A stretch of 64,000 nt of DNA from Octopus vulgaris (lineage: Eukaryota), in the NCBI GenBank assembly GCA_951406725.2, contig OX597814.1, positions 159,340,001 through 159,404,000 on the forward strand, in the 5' to 3' direction. The translations under genes were made by a program, and so were the position numbers. The notes under the pieces are model-generated. The model had not been told where the DNA came from and did not search any database. It was given only the letters and a program-made list of their open reading frames with translations. Positions 25,754 to 40,160 of this stretch are shown here, piece after piece (position 1 is the stretch's first letter; every line of letters starts with the position of its first letter).

Positions 25754-27453
25754 TCACCTTTACCGTCGTCAGCTATGTCTTCAATTGTCTTCCAGCTCGT
25801 TTGCATCAGCTTGGGAGGGGAACCAGATTAACCGCCACGTGAATGTTTTACCTAGGAGGTTATGAGTAGAGCTTATGAGTAGGGCTTGTTGCTGAGAGTT
25901 GATGCAGCAGTGATATCGTATTTCGGGGTTCGGAATGAATATCAGAATTTGATGTAGGCAATAGTGCTCGAAGACTTCTTCAGCTCTTTCTGGTCAGGAT
26001 TCGCATCTCGTGTCAACAGCGAGAACGGTAATATGAAGGAAAATGTGTGTGTGAGTGAGTGTGTGTGTGTGTGTGTGAAAGAGATAGAGAGAGATTATGT
26101 ATGTATTTATTATTTTTTGTATGTATGTATGTATGTATGCGAAAACACGTTTATATAACATATTGTTTTTCACAATGTAACTGCACCGAATTACGAATGG
26201 AGAATCAAGGCACCAAGTGATGTAGTATAATTCACAAAAGCAGAATTTCTCTTGCATGCATGTGAAAATAAACTCATGTGACGAGAAAGGAAAATTTATC
26301 GAAGTCGATGAAATCACGTCCTTTTGTCATGTATATGTCTACGAAGGAAGGTTTTCACGGAATGTGAAAGAGTTACAAAGTCTAACATAGTGGAATAATT
26401 ACGCAAACTACACCGCTCTTCCTCTACGTCGTGAAAGAGTGTGAGAGAGAAATGAGAATGCTTTTCAGACAGTATGAGTGCGTGAGAGATTTACCTGTTC
26501 ACTGCTTTGCGATAAAGCAAGCACAGACTCCTGCCACGACTCCGACGATTTTTACTGGACAGTAGGTTTTTTTTTTTTTTTTTCACAATGTGAAACAAAT
26601 GAAATTAACGCGCGGACATAGTAAAAATTATAGATTAGCCAAAATACGAGTCAAGATTGGTTTTTATGTGGTTCGTGATCAGAAAACCAACAATGCAATA
26701 AAGCATTAACGCCAAGTCAGAAGATACACACGCATTGCTGCAAAAGCGCGAAGTTCAAACTGTTTGTGTAGCCAACAAGATCCAAGAAATGAAGGTAAGC
26801 TGTCTGCCTTAATATTAATTTATAACACTATCACAAAATGAATTTTAAAAATAAGGGGTTGGAGAATTTAACAATCTATACGTAATTTAAATGACTAACG
26901 TGAATTTAGAATAGTTTTGAAGCTATCTGAGAAAACAAAAATTCTTCAGGACAATCACAGTATTCAAAATGTATACTTTGTGTGCGGTTGCATTTACACT
27001 GCAGAAAGTGGTTACCTAGCAGTTAGAACATGAACAAAGTTATTTAGGTCGGTGCTTAGTTCCGGATTCAGTAGTATTAAAATTGTTATGAGATGAATCT
27101 TTCATCTCAAATAACACTTCCAGGAGATCTTATACCAATTCTTGACAATTAAGTAAAATATGTTCTCTGAAATAAAACAATGAAACTCTTCTGTGAATTT
27201 GACCTATAAGTTGTGTATTCAATACATTTAACAGCAGGCATATTTCGCCTCTACGTTGGCGAAATTTCCGCCAATAATGAAATTAAGAATAACATTTTTT
27301 CCCCTTTTGTTATTCTTCGAAATAATTTGGTAACTTCAACTAATTTTACATGTTCACGAAATATAAATTACAAAGTTAGAACTATATTACGAGTGTAGGT
27401 GGATTTGATTCTAAACCAAGAACAACTTCTCAACAACCAGACTGACTATTATT

Positions 27454-27757
27454 TTACATAGCAACGCAACTCTCTTTGTGCGTAATATAAGTTAGCCAGA
27501 CTAATAAATAAGAATTTAATGTATAGGTGTGTGGTGACTGTAATGTACGTGTGTGTGTTTGAAGAATTTGTATGTTGAGAATTTTGTATGTGGCAAGACG
27601 AAAAACGTTGCTGTTGCTGCAAGTAGTCGTAGCGCTGCTGCTGTTACAACTGCTTCTTGCCATTGCAGGATCTCTTCCACTGTCGAATGACTTGCTAAAT
27701 ATGACAACCAAGTCTCCCTCGAAACGCACTTTGCCGTCTTTTAAGGGGAAGGACATC
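27454..27757 (-). CDS. Candidate exon (partner of 31975-32164)
   Basis: Branch-like CTAAT plus acceptor ttcctgtcag| at 27758. The phase-2 join gives ...SETR-MSFPLKDGKVRFEGDLVVIFSKSF... Confidence 0.3.
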
Positions 27758-28181
27758 CTGACAGGAAATTAGGTATACAAAAACACGATATAGTTATGCT
27801 TGGAATATGTTTTATCATAGGTTTGATCCCACGGTGTTGGTTATCTTATCTTTATTTATCCACTTGCTCTCACTTTGTTTAGAATATACGTAACTCTAGA
27901 CAAGGCGAATATTCCTCTGCACTAAACTTAACGAAAGACTGTGTGTAGAAGACAAATTCTCTTGTAAATATGTTGTATTTTCGTTTTATTTTTCTTGAGT
28001 ATTTATATATATGCAGTACGTCTGAAACACGGGTCAATGAAAAGTCACACTTGTAGTTAGGAGATAAAAATTAGAATCACTAACTCAACTATTCTGTCCA
28101 AGAACTAACGAAAATACCCAGGTACACGTTCTACATGAAAATCACATTATATTTCTCAATCATCTTTGTCTGGACTGTATT

Positions 28182-28488
28182 GGTTGGTTGTTCCTTCTCG
28201 AGCCATGCCTGGCTCATAAGGGCCGGTTTCCCGGTTTCTTGGCGTATAGGTTCCCCACCTGGACGGGACGCCGGTCCGTCGCAGGTGAGCTGCAAGATGC
28301 AGGAGGAAAGAATGAGAGAAAGTTGTGGCGAAAGAGTCAGCAGAAGTTTCGCCATTACCTTCTGCCGGAGCTGCGTGGAGCTTAGGTGTTTCGCTCATAA
28401 ACACAGACATTGCCCGGTCTGAGATTCGAACCCGCGATCCCTCGACCACGAGTCCGCTGCTCTAACCACTAGGCCATGTGCCTCCATA
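28182..28488 (-). mobile_element. Full-length young tRNA-derived SINE (family C, Meta/V-domain-like core)
   Basis: Head GGAGGCACATGGCCTAGTGGTTAGAGC...GGTTCGAATCTC carries Pol III A/B boxes; core CGTCCCGTCCAGG..GAAACCGGG; near-perfect TSD CTGGAC(T/A)GTATT. Confidence 0.9.
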
Positions 28489-29284
28489 CTGGACAGTATT
28501 AGTTAAGACTATACTTCTTTGAGTATAAAACGGAAACATATCTGATGTTGTCACCTTATTGCCAGTGCCATCTTAAGGCATCTCCACACTGGGCAGTTGT
28601 CCGGGAGCCTCACAAGTCTAAGGGCCCAACGCTGATTTATATGTACCGTGCCTTGCTGTCAATATATAGATACTATAGGGCATTGATTAGCCATGGGGAG
28701 GAGCCTATAATGCTGCTAAGACGGCCCTGCCAAGGTCAAATTCATTCCCCCACTGCATTGCACACAATAGATTTTATTAACTGGAATTGTGGAGCTGTCA
28801 GCCGGTCTTTCTTGACCAGAAATGAAAATGAACCTAACAATTGCTTCTTCTTACCACCTGTGTACGAAAAATTTTTCTTGGGTCCCTATTTTCATTTGTC
28901 TTAGCTTCTTGAAGCACTGCTTCTTGCGATTACCCCTTAGGCAAAATATTAGTTGTCTTTTAGACTGGGAAGTTCCGACCAGACCAGTTCATTTAACTTT
29001 ACATTAACGCCGGTGTACTCCATGGTTCGATTATATTTCCTACACTCTGTCTTGTTTAGTTTAATGAGCAGCTATTTGCTGTTAATTCTGTCCATAAGCA
29101 TATTTACTCAGAGGATATCATTATGTATTTTTTTAATTACTTTCCGTGCAAATGAAACATACACATGCACCCTAGAAATCTTATACCATATTTGGAATAT
29201 ATTTAGAAGCAAAAAGGACACCTTTAATAGAAAAAATGACAGCCCAGTCTCCTCTATTAACAAATAAACATACTCCAACACACT

Positions 29285-29343
<59 letters not shown>

Positions 29344-29594
29344 GCAAACTCATCGAGGTAACAATATTGTCCGACATGCTTTTTGCACATGAACCGCGCC
29401 ACGCAAGTCATCAAAATCCCAACAAATAGATCGACAATCTCTGACGATCTCCCAAACCAGATAGCAACCTACACTTCAACTCAGCCGCTGTACCTGATTC
29501 TCCTTATCTCATTATCCCTACCGTACCTTACCCAGTCCTCTGTTTCCACACTGAACACTTTGCTCAAAGATAAACTTGTCTGTAATTCCCTCTG

Positions 29595-30150
<556 letters not shown>

Positions 30151-30632
30151 CTCTTCCAGATATGACCTAATTCCGAACGAATCTTCAACCGTATTGATAT
30201 TTACCAGTCGAGTAAAACATATAAAGGTCGTGAGCACTGCTATTCCTCTTCTGATTAACCAATGAAAAAAAAAAAGGTAAGCAAGATGAATGCTTGATAT
30301 TTCATAATTAAAGTGCAAATCTTATGATCGACCTTACCAAATTTCACTACACAAACACGTAAACACATTCACACACATTAAAGCACAGAAATACCTGTAA
30401 CGAAATATAACATGAGATTATATATTCGAACGTGTGCGTGTATAGGTGTGTATTTGGATGTGAGAATGTTGCAATGTAGAACCGAAATAGAAGAATGGTA
30501 GATCTCAAAACCTCTTCTTACATGCAAAACATATTTTATCGCAAGCAGCGTTACTCATATATGTTTGTAATCTGGATCGAAAATATACATTGCAAATGAT
30601 AGAACCCTCTTTTACGATCTTAATGTGGTAAA

Positions 30633-30921
30633 TGGTGGTGGTGGTGGTGGTGGTGGTGGTGGTGGTGGTGGTGTTGGTGGTGGTGGCGGCGGCGGTGGTG
30701 GTGGTGGTGGTGGCGGTGGTGGCGGTGGTGGCGGCGGTGGTGGCGGTGGTGGTGGTGGTGGCGGCGGCTGCGGCGGCGGCGACGGCGGCGGCGGCGGCGG
30801 CGGCGGTTGTTGTGTTGGTGGTGGTAATGGTGGTAGTGGTCGCCGTCGTCGTGATGGTAACAGTAGTAGTGATGGTGCGGGTGATTGTAGTAGTAGTAGT
30901 AGTTGTAGTAGTAGTAGTAGT
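30633..30921. repeat. (GGT)n/(GGC)n/(AGT)n trinucleotide repeat
   Basis: Seen directly in sequence. Confidence 0.95.
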
Positions 30922-31048
30922 TTTATATGGTTAATATAAAGAGAGTGCCCAATAACAAATATACTTTGTATAAATTAGTTGAATAAGCCGTCAGGCGAAA
31001 CCTAAAGTCCCATTGGAAACTAAACTAATTTTACAATGAACTTGACAC

Positions 31049-31097
<49 letters not shown>

Positions 31098-31179
31098 TCT
31101 TTCATACTCAAGAACACAACACGCCGCCAGAAATGAACTCACGACCTTACGATCGTGAACCGAATACCTTAACCAGGGC

Positions 31180-31490
31180 AAGTGTCTTCTAGTATAGCCT
31201 CGGGCCGACCAAAGCCTTGTGAGTGGATTTGGTAGACGGAAACTGAAAGAAACCCGTCGTATATATGTATATATATATATATGCTTGTGTGTGTTTGTGT
31301 CTGTGTTTGTCCTCCTAGCATCGCTTGACAACCGATGCTGGTGTGTTTATGTCCCCGTTACTTAGCGGTTCGGCGAAAGAGACCGATAGAATAAGTACTG
31401 GGCTTACAAAAGAATAAGTCCCGGGGTCGAGTTGCTCGATTAAAGGCGGTGCTCCAGCATGGCCGCAGTCAAATGAAATAAGTAAAGAAT
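31180..31490 (+). mobile_element. Octopus SINE-like repeat (family B)
   Basis: CCAAAGCCTTGTGAGTGGATTTGGTAGACGGAAACTGAAAGAA ... GGTGCTCCAGCATGGCCGCAGTCAAATGA. Confidence 0.85.
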
Positions 31491-31673
31491 ATACGCCTTC
31501 ACTTGTGGCGATGCTATGCAACGAACTTCTATCACATCCTTTTTGTCGAGTGATGTCGGGGTCATCGTTAGACGGTGATGACAATGATGTCACACATGGT
31601 TTCATAGACTCAGATGGTGCATCTGAGAATGACGGGCCAATGCATATACGAAAAGTTAAAGGTAAAGAAGATT

Positions 31674-31741
31674 CGAAAATTTAGAAACGTCTATGTATTA
31701 GCATGAGCTCATGCTAATACATAGACGTTTCTAAATTTTCG
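31674..31741. repeat. Perfect 68-bp palindrome
   Basis: 34-bp arms with no spacer, centred on GAG|CTC. Confidence 0.95.
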
Positions 31742-31974
31742 TATCTCCTTTAACTCAGCTTATCTGATCCTAATTTGCTCAGATGCTATGTTAGCCTTCC
31801 TCTTTCAATAACAAAACTGTTCCATGATTCTGAACGAGAGAGACTTTAAGAGTGCCCTCATACAACTAGTGTTGTTCATCCGACCGAACGCCTTTTTGAC
31901 CACCGGATCTTCTCTTCTCGTCTGCTCCATCCTCCAAAATCAATCTTCACTTGTTAGAGTTAAGATTAACTCAC

Positions 31975-32164
31975 CGAGTTTCAGACCTGACAGCTGATCT
32001 CGTTGATTTAATTTGCCTGTCGAAGCGGTTTACCGAGATGTGGCTCCTGGCATGCCGCAGCTTCATGTCGCTACAGATGAGAGCTGGATGACCAGGCGAG
32101 ACCAACAGTAGATGACTTGTTCCCGTGAGAACACAAGTGCCACTCCCAGAGATGCGACCCCTCC
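31975..32164 (-). CDS. Candidate exon with a perfect donor
   Basis: tatttag| at 32165 and CTCG|GTGAGT at 31974. One frame is open throughout, with ATG at 32066 (MKLRHARSHISVNRFDRQIKSTRSAVRSET). Confidence 0.3.
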
Positions 32165-32183
32165 CTAAATACTCACTCACGCA

Positions 32184-32289
<106 letters not shown>

Positions 32290-34917
32290 ATATACAGGCG
32301 CAGATAAAGTTGTTGCTGTGCCAAAATAGTATCAATCCAATCTTGCTTCTTCATCATCTCGAACCAGCGAGCGAATATTTACATGATCGTTCAGCCTTCT
32401 AGAAATAGCAATCAAATCTCCATTAAATCACATGCCATCGTCTTAAACAGGAATGACACAGACAATTTAGACATAGATATATAAATAGATGTCTTGATCA
32501 ACTATACCATTTTTCTAAAACTTGGGGTAGATTCTTATTGAAAGAATTTGAAGTGCTGGGTGAGGCTAAGAATTAACGGTAGAGCGTGCTTGTTTCTTGG
32601 TGATAGAATGGTTATTGCTGAAACCGGTCACTTTCTTAGGCTGAAGTAATCAAGGGCAGTTTTGTATATTTGTTGTATGTGTTAAGCAACGAAGAATAAA
32701 AGTTTATTGAGCATATACAGCGCGATGCTTGAAACAGAACGATATGCAACTTCAGAGGTATTTTCAGTGGGAGCACTACTTACAGAGTCATCTTGACTTT
32801 TGAGAGTTGGATAAGAAGAATGTGAAAAGTTGGAAGACACTCTTGGAACGAGGTTAGAAGGCTATGTTACAATATGGAAGCCGGTAAAGCTTACAGACAG
32901 TATGATGCATCAAGGTATCGTTTGCGTGTCTCGTGTTTTGCCTTGCAGGCGTTGTAGTGGTGAGTAGAAGCCTTCAGTTTTGTAGACATCTTCCTTCAGC
33001 AACTGTTAGCACTGTCCTGCTGTAGATGAATTATTTTGAGATTTCGGGATAAAGGGCTTCAAAGAGATCTAAAAGAACAGATCTTCGAAGAAATTTTATT
33101 CATCTATTTAGCTATTTCGGATAACTCGAAAGTGAAGTACATATGCTATCAGGGTAGTTATAAATTTAATGGATCTTTGACCGGTTAGTTTAACTAACTT
33201 GAAAGTATTAGAAGGGATGCTACATGTCATCTTGTAGCTTGAAGTAACTGGAAAAGTTTTTTTATTTGTTTTTTTTTTTTCCACGTAACTGCATAGTATA
33301 TATAGTAGTGAAACTAGAAATGTGCACAAAGAAATTTTAGAAACAGCTTTGTTGGTGGTTTGCTGCGTGAAGTTGAAACCCCTAGCTTTACGGAAGCCGT
33401 CCTGGTGGTCATAGAAGAAGGAAAGAGACAGGAAGTAATGAAAAAGTGATTGTTTCTGCCACTATTTAGATATTGTAAATCAAAGTGATAGGACAAAATA
33501 TTTCCCTTCTTAAGAATGGGACACATAGTAAAGCGCTTCCAAAAAGGAGAGAAAATCCAACAGGGAAAAGGAAAAATTGAAGTGTGGCGAGGTTATGAGC
33601 AAACTTTCAGATGTTAAGACTTCGTTGTCATGCAGTGTACAATAACTTCGTTAATCCAACCGTCACCAAAATGAGACTATGGCTAGAAATCACAGATATA
33701 AAAGTGAGGTGAAATGGCCATTGAACTTACGGTGCTGCTCACACCTCTAGTCTAGTATTATTTTCTCGTTTTGCTTCCCGCGGTTTTATATATATATATG
33801 TGTGTGTTTTAATTAACAATCTGTGCAGTGTCATTTCTAACAACACACACGTCTAGTCACCTATATTTGTCAAAATCCCAATACGAAAGCATACACTACA
33901 AATACAACGATGATATGGAGTATACTGAGCAGTAGGGAATGTGTTAAATATGTTGATTGGTTAAGCAACTGTCAGAAGACTCGTCAGAGAAAGAATGGTG
34001 GTGGCCGAGTAAAATCTGGGTTCGATGGCAAGAAAGAGTTGAAAGTGTTTGGCAAGTCATAGTATGGAGGTAGGTGAAAATACTAACAGGTGCTTTTATT
34101 TCGGAATAACAAACGATTTGATCACTGTGCTAACTGTATCACCATGGGACGAGACAAAGAGATGAACAATGAAGTACACAAATATCGTTAACTACAAAAA
34201 CAGATTGGGAAATGTGTATCTCTAATGGAGAACCAGAGACAGTTGAACAATAGCTGTGGTTAGATGTGTGCAGAAAGTGGTAGAGAGCAGATGAATTAGG
34301 AAAACTAGGAGATTTCGTTGTTTATAAATATCCAGATGGGTAAGAATCACTAACTTTCAGAGTGTGGAATATAGAGTGAAACTGAATAAAGGAATGCAGG
34401 TTATGTCTTTGAGAAAGGCGATAAATATCTATATCTCAAGGAGAAATAAATAATTTTATGGAAGGGGAAATAGGAAGATGTGTTTATATCCATTCCAAGC
34501 AGTTTTAGAGATGAATTGGAATTTATTTTAAACTGAGACATAAAATCTGAAGTTTTAGTGTAAAATAATCTCTTAGAGAGAAGCATGTTCGCACAGGTAA
34601 AAATACCCAAACACGAGGTAGAAGTAAGTGATACTCTATTTAGATAATCTCGCAAGCATAGCTAACGCAAGCAACAGGTTTATTTACTTTTTCACGAATT
34701 TCTATTAATATTACTAGTGTTCAGGTAAACATTATATGTAATACAGCTGTTAAATCTTTAGACTGTTTTGAGTCTATAACTTCGGTGTTAAGATGACAAA
34801 ACATATTTCACTTGACAAATATAAACATGTGTAGGTGTGTGTATATAGATATGCATGGTTTGGAAGAAGAAAATGTGTGTGTGTATATATAGACAGATGT
34901 GCGTAGGAGAGAGAAGG

Positions 34918-35070
34918 TATGTATGTATGTATGTATGTATGTATGTATGTATGTATGTATGTATGTATGTATGTGTGTGTGTGTGTGTGTATGCGTGTAT
35001 GTATGTATGTATGTATGTATGTATGTATGTATGTATGTATGTATGTATGTATGTATGTATGTATGTATGT
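34918..35070. repeat. (TATG)n/(TG)n microsatellite
   Basis: Seen directly in sequence. Confidence 0.95.
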
Positions 35071-36599
35071 AGCCCAAACATTGATCGTAGAATTGTGACT
35101 TCTCCAAAATTCCATTCCCACCTACTTTGTAGCAGCTGTTTGCTACTGTTTTACACCAACCAGGCCATCCTGATTGAGCAGGCACATGATCAAAAGTGTT
35201 TCAGTTGTGACCATCTCGTCTTCTTGTATATTTATGACTACATCGTTTAATATATCCCATCTTTTTTTTTTTTTTTTTTTAGTCGATAGATGTGATTTCA
35301 GGGGGATTTGACAATTGCTTTCAGCAAGTCGAACCACAACATAGGGGCTTGGGGCTTCTTTTCCATTTTCCCCTGTCAGATGTTGATCCTCAGATGTTCA
35401 AACTAAACATCAGTCTAATCGATTTCACCACTCTGGAAGTATGACCTTTACAGGTCATACTCTAACTCTTTTCCTATCTCAAACAGTATGTGTACATGGG
35501 TATGTCTGTGCGCATGCGCTTGTGTGTATGTATGTATGTATCAGATGTTGCATAAACCAGAAACTCTTTGTTAAAGAATGTGTTCGGTCACATACTTTAC
35601 AACATTTTATTCCACGTGCACACACATAATAAACACACATAATTACATTACACACACGTACAGGTCTATGGGGAGAAGAGAAAATATGCACACACACACA
35701 CACACACACACTCATACACAGCTATATCATTGCTTAAAAATATAGCGTTTGTTATTTGCCTCTGCTTATTGACAAATCAACGTTACGTTTCAGTCGACCT
35801 TGCCTTTGTCATTCACTCTTTCAATCTGGCTGCTGTTGTTATGTCTCTATGTCATTATGGTTTTTGTTTTGTTTTTTGTTGTGTTTTTTATGGTTCCAAG
35901 TTAGCCTATCTATCATCTATCATTGGTATTATATGTACGAAGTGTATACTTCATTTACTGTCTATATAACACAATGTTATTCTATTAATATTTTCACATA
36001 TCACCAGATAACTTTTAAAAAAAACTTCCTTGGAATGCACTTCGTTTATATTAGCAATGTATTGTTTAGATTCACATTTCACAGTCGTATGAATCACGGT
36101 GTTTCTTAGTAGCACTGCAGGTTTTTCACATTTTTAAGACTATCCCACAATGTTTTCATTTTTAACCTTCATTCTACATATGACCTTGCTTGCGTATGCA
36201 ATGATATCTATTGCTAATAGAAATGGAATTTTTAAAATGTTTTCTACTTAGTTTATTATACTTTCTTTTTCAAATTATCTTTTCCGACTTAACTATCTGT
36301 TACACTTGTTCGTTTTAAGTAGGTGTTGATGCATCAATTTCGAATATCTGATAGTTTGTTTGGCAACAGAGAAAATTTCTTTTCTTTTTCTTTTTTTTTT
36401 CCTTTTATATATATATGTGTGTATATATCATTCTATGACCACCCCTCGTCGTCACAAATAACATTTTTCTGTGCAATTCCTAACTTCTTATATATATGTA
36501 TATAAGTTGATGTTGGTCATTGTTGTGTTGTTCTTAAGAGAGAGCAGTTTGATTATAGGGAGATTAGTCTATAATCTCTAGTCGATCGGACGGTTGCGT

Positions 36600-37400
36600 A
36601 TTTTGAGGTTAAAATAACATAAATTATTCAACTGATATTTTTATAACAATAATATCTATTTCTGTGTTCTTTTTTGGAAGCGAATAAGGCAAACTGGAAC
36701 TTCCCTTTCAGTTTCAAAAACTAGCCTTAGTCTTTTCAGTTTCGCAAATGAATGACATCAATGGGGACAATGTTCAAACAATAAGAATTTTAAGTAAACG
36801 AAGACAATACTGATAACGCAATATTGATTTTAAACAGGTCGATACTTGACCACAATAATTAATTGTAAAATAAAGTGTTTTTAGAATATAAGCAGCAAAT
36901 GTATTTAAATAAATAAACAATTATGGAACATATTTTCCCCGAACGTCATCAATCACAATCTTTTCAAATGCTCGACGATTACTATATTCATAAGTATCCT
37001 TGCTCCATCACCATTCAAATTCTTTCAAGTAACTATTGAAAAGTTCTTCAGATGTACCAAGTAGGCGCTTCAATTTGTTTCTTGGAAAGGATTTAATATT
37101 ATGTGTATCAGCGCATGATAGAAGGATTGGCGAAATTTTTCTGGGGTTAAAATTCTTGTGGTAATAATTCACTTCTATTATACGAATACCTGTAGAGCAT
37201 ACTATTGAACGATGAGAAATTTTACTTCCTATAATATTGAGTACTGTGTTTACCCTTCTCTCTGGTTCTTCTCCAAAGAAACTTTTATTTGCATTTCCTT
37301 AAAAGTATGCCTTTTGCATACTTTTGGTGGACATATTTTGTTTCATCCATTTCCGCTGTAAGACATTCATCAATGTATGCATTGAGTTCACCGACAGCAA
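36600..37400 (+). mobile_element. Very old Penelope-like RT remnant (probable)
   Basis: Decayed equivalents of ADKGNAIVILNR (about 36810) and FDVEKFYPSI (about 37205). Confidence 0.4.
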
Positions 37401-37456
37401 CCTGATAATTCTGAATCCATTAACAAACACACGTCTTTCATGAATATACACAATCC

Positions 37457-37611
37457 AGGGCGGAATGAGACGTCAGTCAATCGGGCACTGTCCGAGGGCC
37501 TGGAGCTCTGAGGGGTCCGCACTCTACAAGTTAACTCTACTGATATCAATGCTAAGTGGCCCGGTAAACAGTTATGCCCGAGGGCCCTTAATACTCTCAG
37601 TCTGCCCCTGC
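37457..37611. mobile_element. Small MITE with CAGGG(G)CGG-type terminal inverted repeats
   Basis: CAGGGCGGAATGAG ... CTCAGTCTGCCCCTG, with similar flanks ACACAATC/CACCAATC (possible decayed 8-bp TSD). Confidence 0.55.
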
Positions 37612-38846
37612 ACCAATCTGTAACTGTACTGGGTTTTTTTTTCAATTTGCGTCCTTCGATAAAACTGTAGAACACGATTTTTGTCCTTGAGTAGCAACTG
37701 TTATTTCCTATTTGCTTACCCTTAGAAAGTATGAAAAATGGCTGATATTTCCTTCAAACTTTGCTTTTGTTACATTTATTCAAACTCCGAAGAATCTCTC
37801 TCAAACACAAAGCTATGATGCTCCTCCACTACTCTCATAATCAAAGATGTACATATTGTCAGCCACTAAGGGACATACCCAAGTGGTTATAGTCAAGTAA
37901 CTGACAAGTAAGTCTGTGACATTAAGCAGAATATTTGCTATAACAATAGTTTTGCTTTAGTAACTCAGCGCTCAATCTGTTTGAAATGCAAAGGAAAATA
38001 AGTCGGTTTCAAAACATTGAAACGAAAGCAAAGTTTGAAGGGAACAGTAGTCATTTCCTTTGATTTCTAGATAGAAGCAAATAGGAAATAACACTTACAG
38101 ACCAACAAGAAAAAAAGTTAAAATTTTGTCACACAGTGTAATTTTTACTGGATTAGTATCAGTGCACCAAAAATATATTTACATGGAAATTACATCAAAG
38201 AAATGATTAAATAGTCAACTTCTTAAATAATTGGTCTTTAAAGAAAATAGAACTCTTATGAAACAGTATCACGGCTAATAATGCGACTAGTAATGCATTA
38301 CCCTTAACGCGCTATAAGAGGACGCGCAATTTCAGGGCACTTGCTAACTGCCTATTGCTTACGCTATAATGTTGTGTATAAATGCACTGTTACCACCTCA
38401 CTGACCCATTCCGTCAGAGTTCACATTAGTGGCACGATTGATTTTTAGTGTCGTTACCTTTCACAAGTAGTGCTAGAAAACAATCTACCTCTCTTACCTC
38501 CCACATCCACCACCTCAAAGCTGAGGACATAACCTATAACTTGTCCTGGCCCAAAGTTTGTGGTGGAACTTTGTATATGGGAAATAGCCGACCCTGTCAA
38601 TTATGTTGCGGGGTCTCACTCACAGTATTACGCCAAAATGAGATCTCCCTACTTAATCGCTTCTTTGCCGTCATTTCCATGCGCAGACTTTGAGTTCTAC
38701 AAAATTTTTTCACAGTTTTTCTCCTTTCCATTAATCGTTATAATTCAATCGTAAGAACTAACCTCCCTTTATTCTTTTTCTACCATATCGTCACTCTGTC
38801 ACCCTTCTTCATCTCGTTTTTATAACCTTCTTTCTACTGAACACTA

Positions 38847-38915
<69 letters not shown>

Positions 38916-38989
38916 TTATTTTAATTTATTTGTCACATTACTCTTTTCTACGAGTATTATTTCTGTGTATTACTTTCTTAATGTCGAAA

Positions 38990-39950
38990 TCGGAGTCTCA
39001 TATCGTCTGAACTATCAATAATGGACGATCTAGTTGGTCACAGTTACACTGATTTATCGATTTGTAGATAGTGTAAATAAAACCAATGTTAAATGTTATC
39101 CTGCAGTCTTTTAATTTATATATAATTGTTTTGGAATCTTTGGATGAAAAGGAAAAAAAGTCGAAAAAATATCCGTGAGAAAACTGGAGAACCGGCACTT
39201 ATCAAACGAAGTCCATTGAAATATTTGTTCTGCATAAAGTTACTGTTAACTGTGTGATTTCTCTAACCGTCAGACATTTAACAGTGATTAGTTAGTTGGA
39301 AACCTGTAATCAACGACTATGTGGTTCCCATCTGCTATATCAAGGCTGACCTAAGGCTACACAATAACAACACCTTTACCAAATGGGTATGCAATAAAAA
39401 AAATCTGCTTACAAAAAGAACATTAGAATCTGTATTGATATACATTAAGAGCAGCAGACAAGCGTTGCTAGGAGCACTGAATTTGAACTTCGTGTTACGT
39501 TGATAACAGATATAGAACTCACACAGTAGAACTATTGAGAATGCTGGAATGAAAGAATGAGTGGGTGGTGTTGCAATTAATATGCTTTTTGAAAACGTCA
39601 GATGTAAGGAACTGCTTCTTTTTATCATCAGCAGCTTTGATAGTTTTGTACTATTCCAGAGAGCTAAATAAACTCTTTCGTATCTTTTACTGTTTATTCA
39701 TGTATGCAAACTTAGTTTTACTCCGCAATTCGTTATCGGTCATTGTTCTTTTGCCAGCTATTCGATGTTGCATTTTTTCCCCAGACATATTCAATGTGAT
39801 CCTCTCTAACTCTTTAAATATAAACCCGCCTGTAACTATATTTAATTTGAACTCGATTAATTAAGAAGCTCCGTTATCTTTGATAGTAACTGAACAAAAT
39901 ATGTTAGTAAGAGAAATATTTCTGCAAAGGTCACTACTTTCAAATAGGCT
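38990..39950 (-). mobile_element. Old Penelope-like RT remnant (probable)
   Basis: Minus-strand decayed motifs resembling IKAADK, G.AMGT and RYIDDIF...IKFT (ORF 38998-39198). Confidence 0.45.
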
Positions 39951-39964
39951 ACAATATTAAAGGA

Positions 39965-40160
39965 GGCCAGCTAGCAGAATCGTTAGTACGCCGAGCAAGA
40001 TGCTTAGTGGCGTTTCGTCTGTCTTCATGTTCTGAGTTCAAATTCCACCGAAGCCGACTTTGCTTTTCATCCTTTGGGGGTCGATAAAATAAGTATCAGT
40101 TGAACACTAGAGTCTATGCAAGTGACTTACTTCTCCCCCGAAATTGCTGGCCTTGTGCTA
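39965..40160 (+). mobile_element. SINE family A copy
   Basis: Family head and core. Confidence 0.8.

Noticed and set aside
25990-26010. TCCTGA on the minus strand as an antizyme +1 frameshift site
   Set aside because: It is not in frame with an upstream ORF1, and no antizyme ORF2 follows.
28400-28488. tRNA-like sequence with A/B boxes
   Set aside because: It is the head of a TSD-flanked SINE, not a tRNA gene.
30625-30939. Poly-Gly / poly-Val ORFs
   Set aside because: These are translations of a GGT/GGC trinucleotide repeat, with no splice or start context.
32500-34650. Coding-like, purine-skewed sequence
   Set aside because: No intact ORF or readable motif. Probably ancient retroelement debris, too decayed to call.
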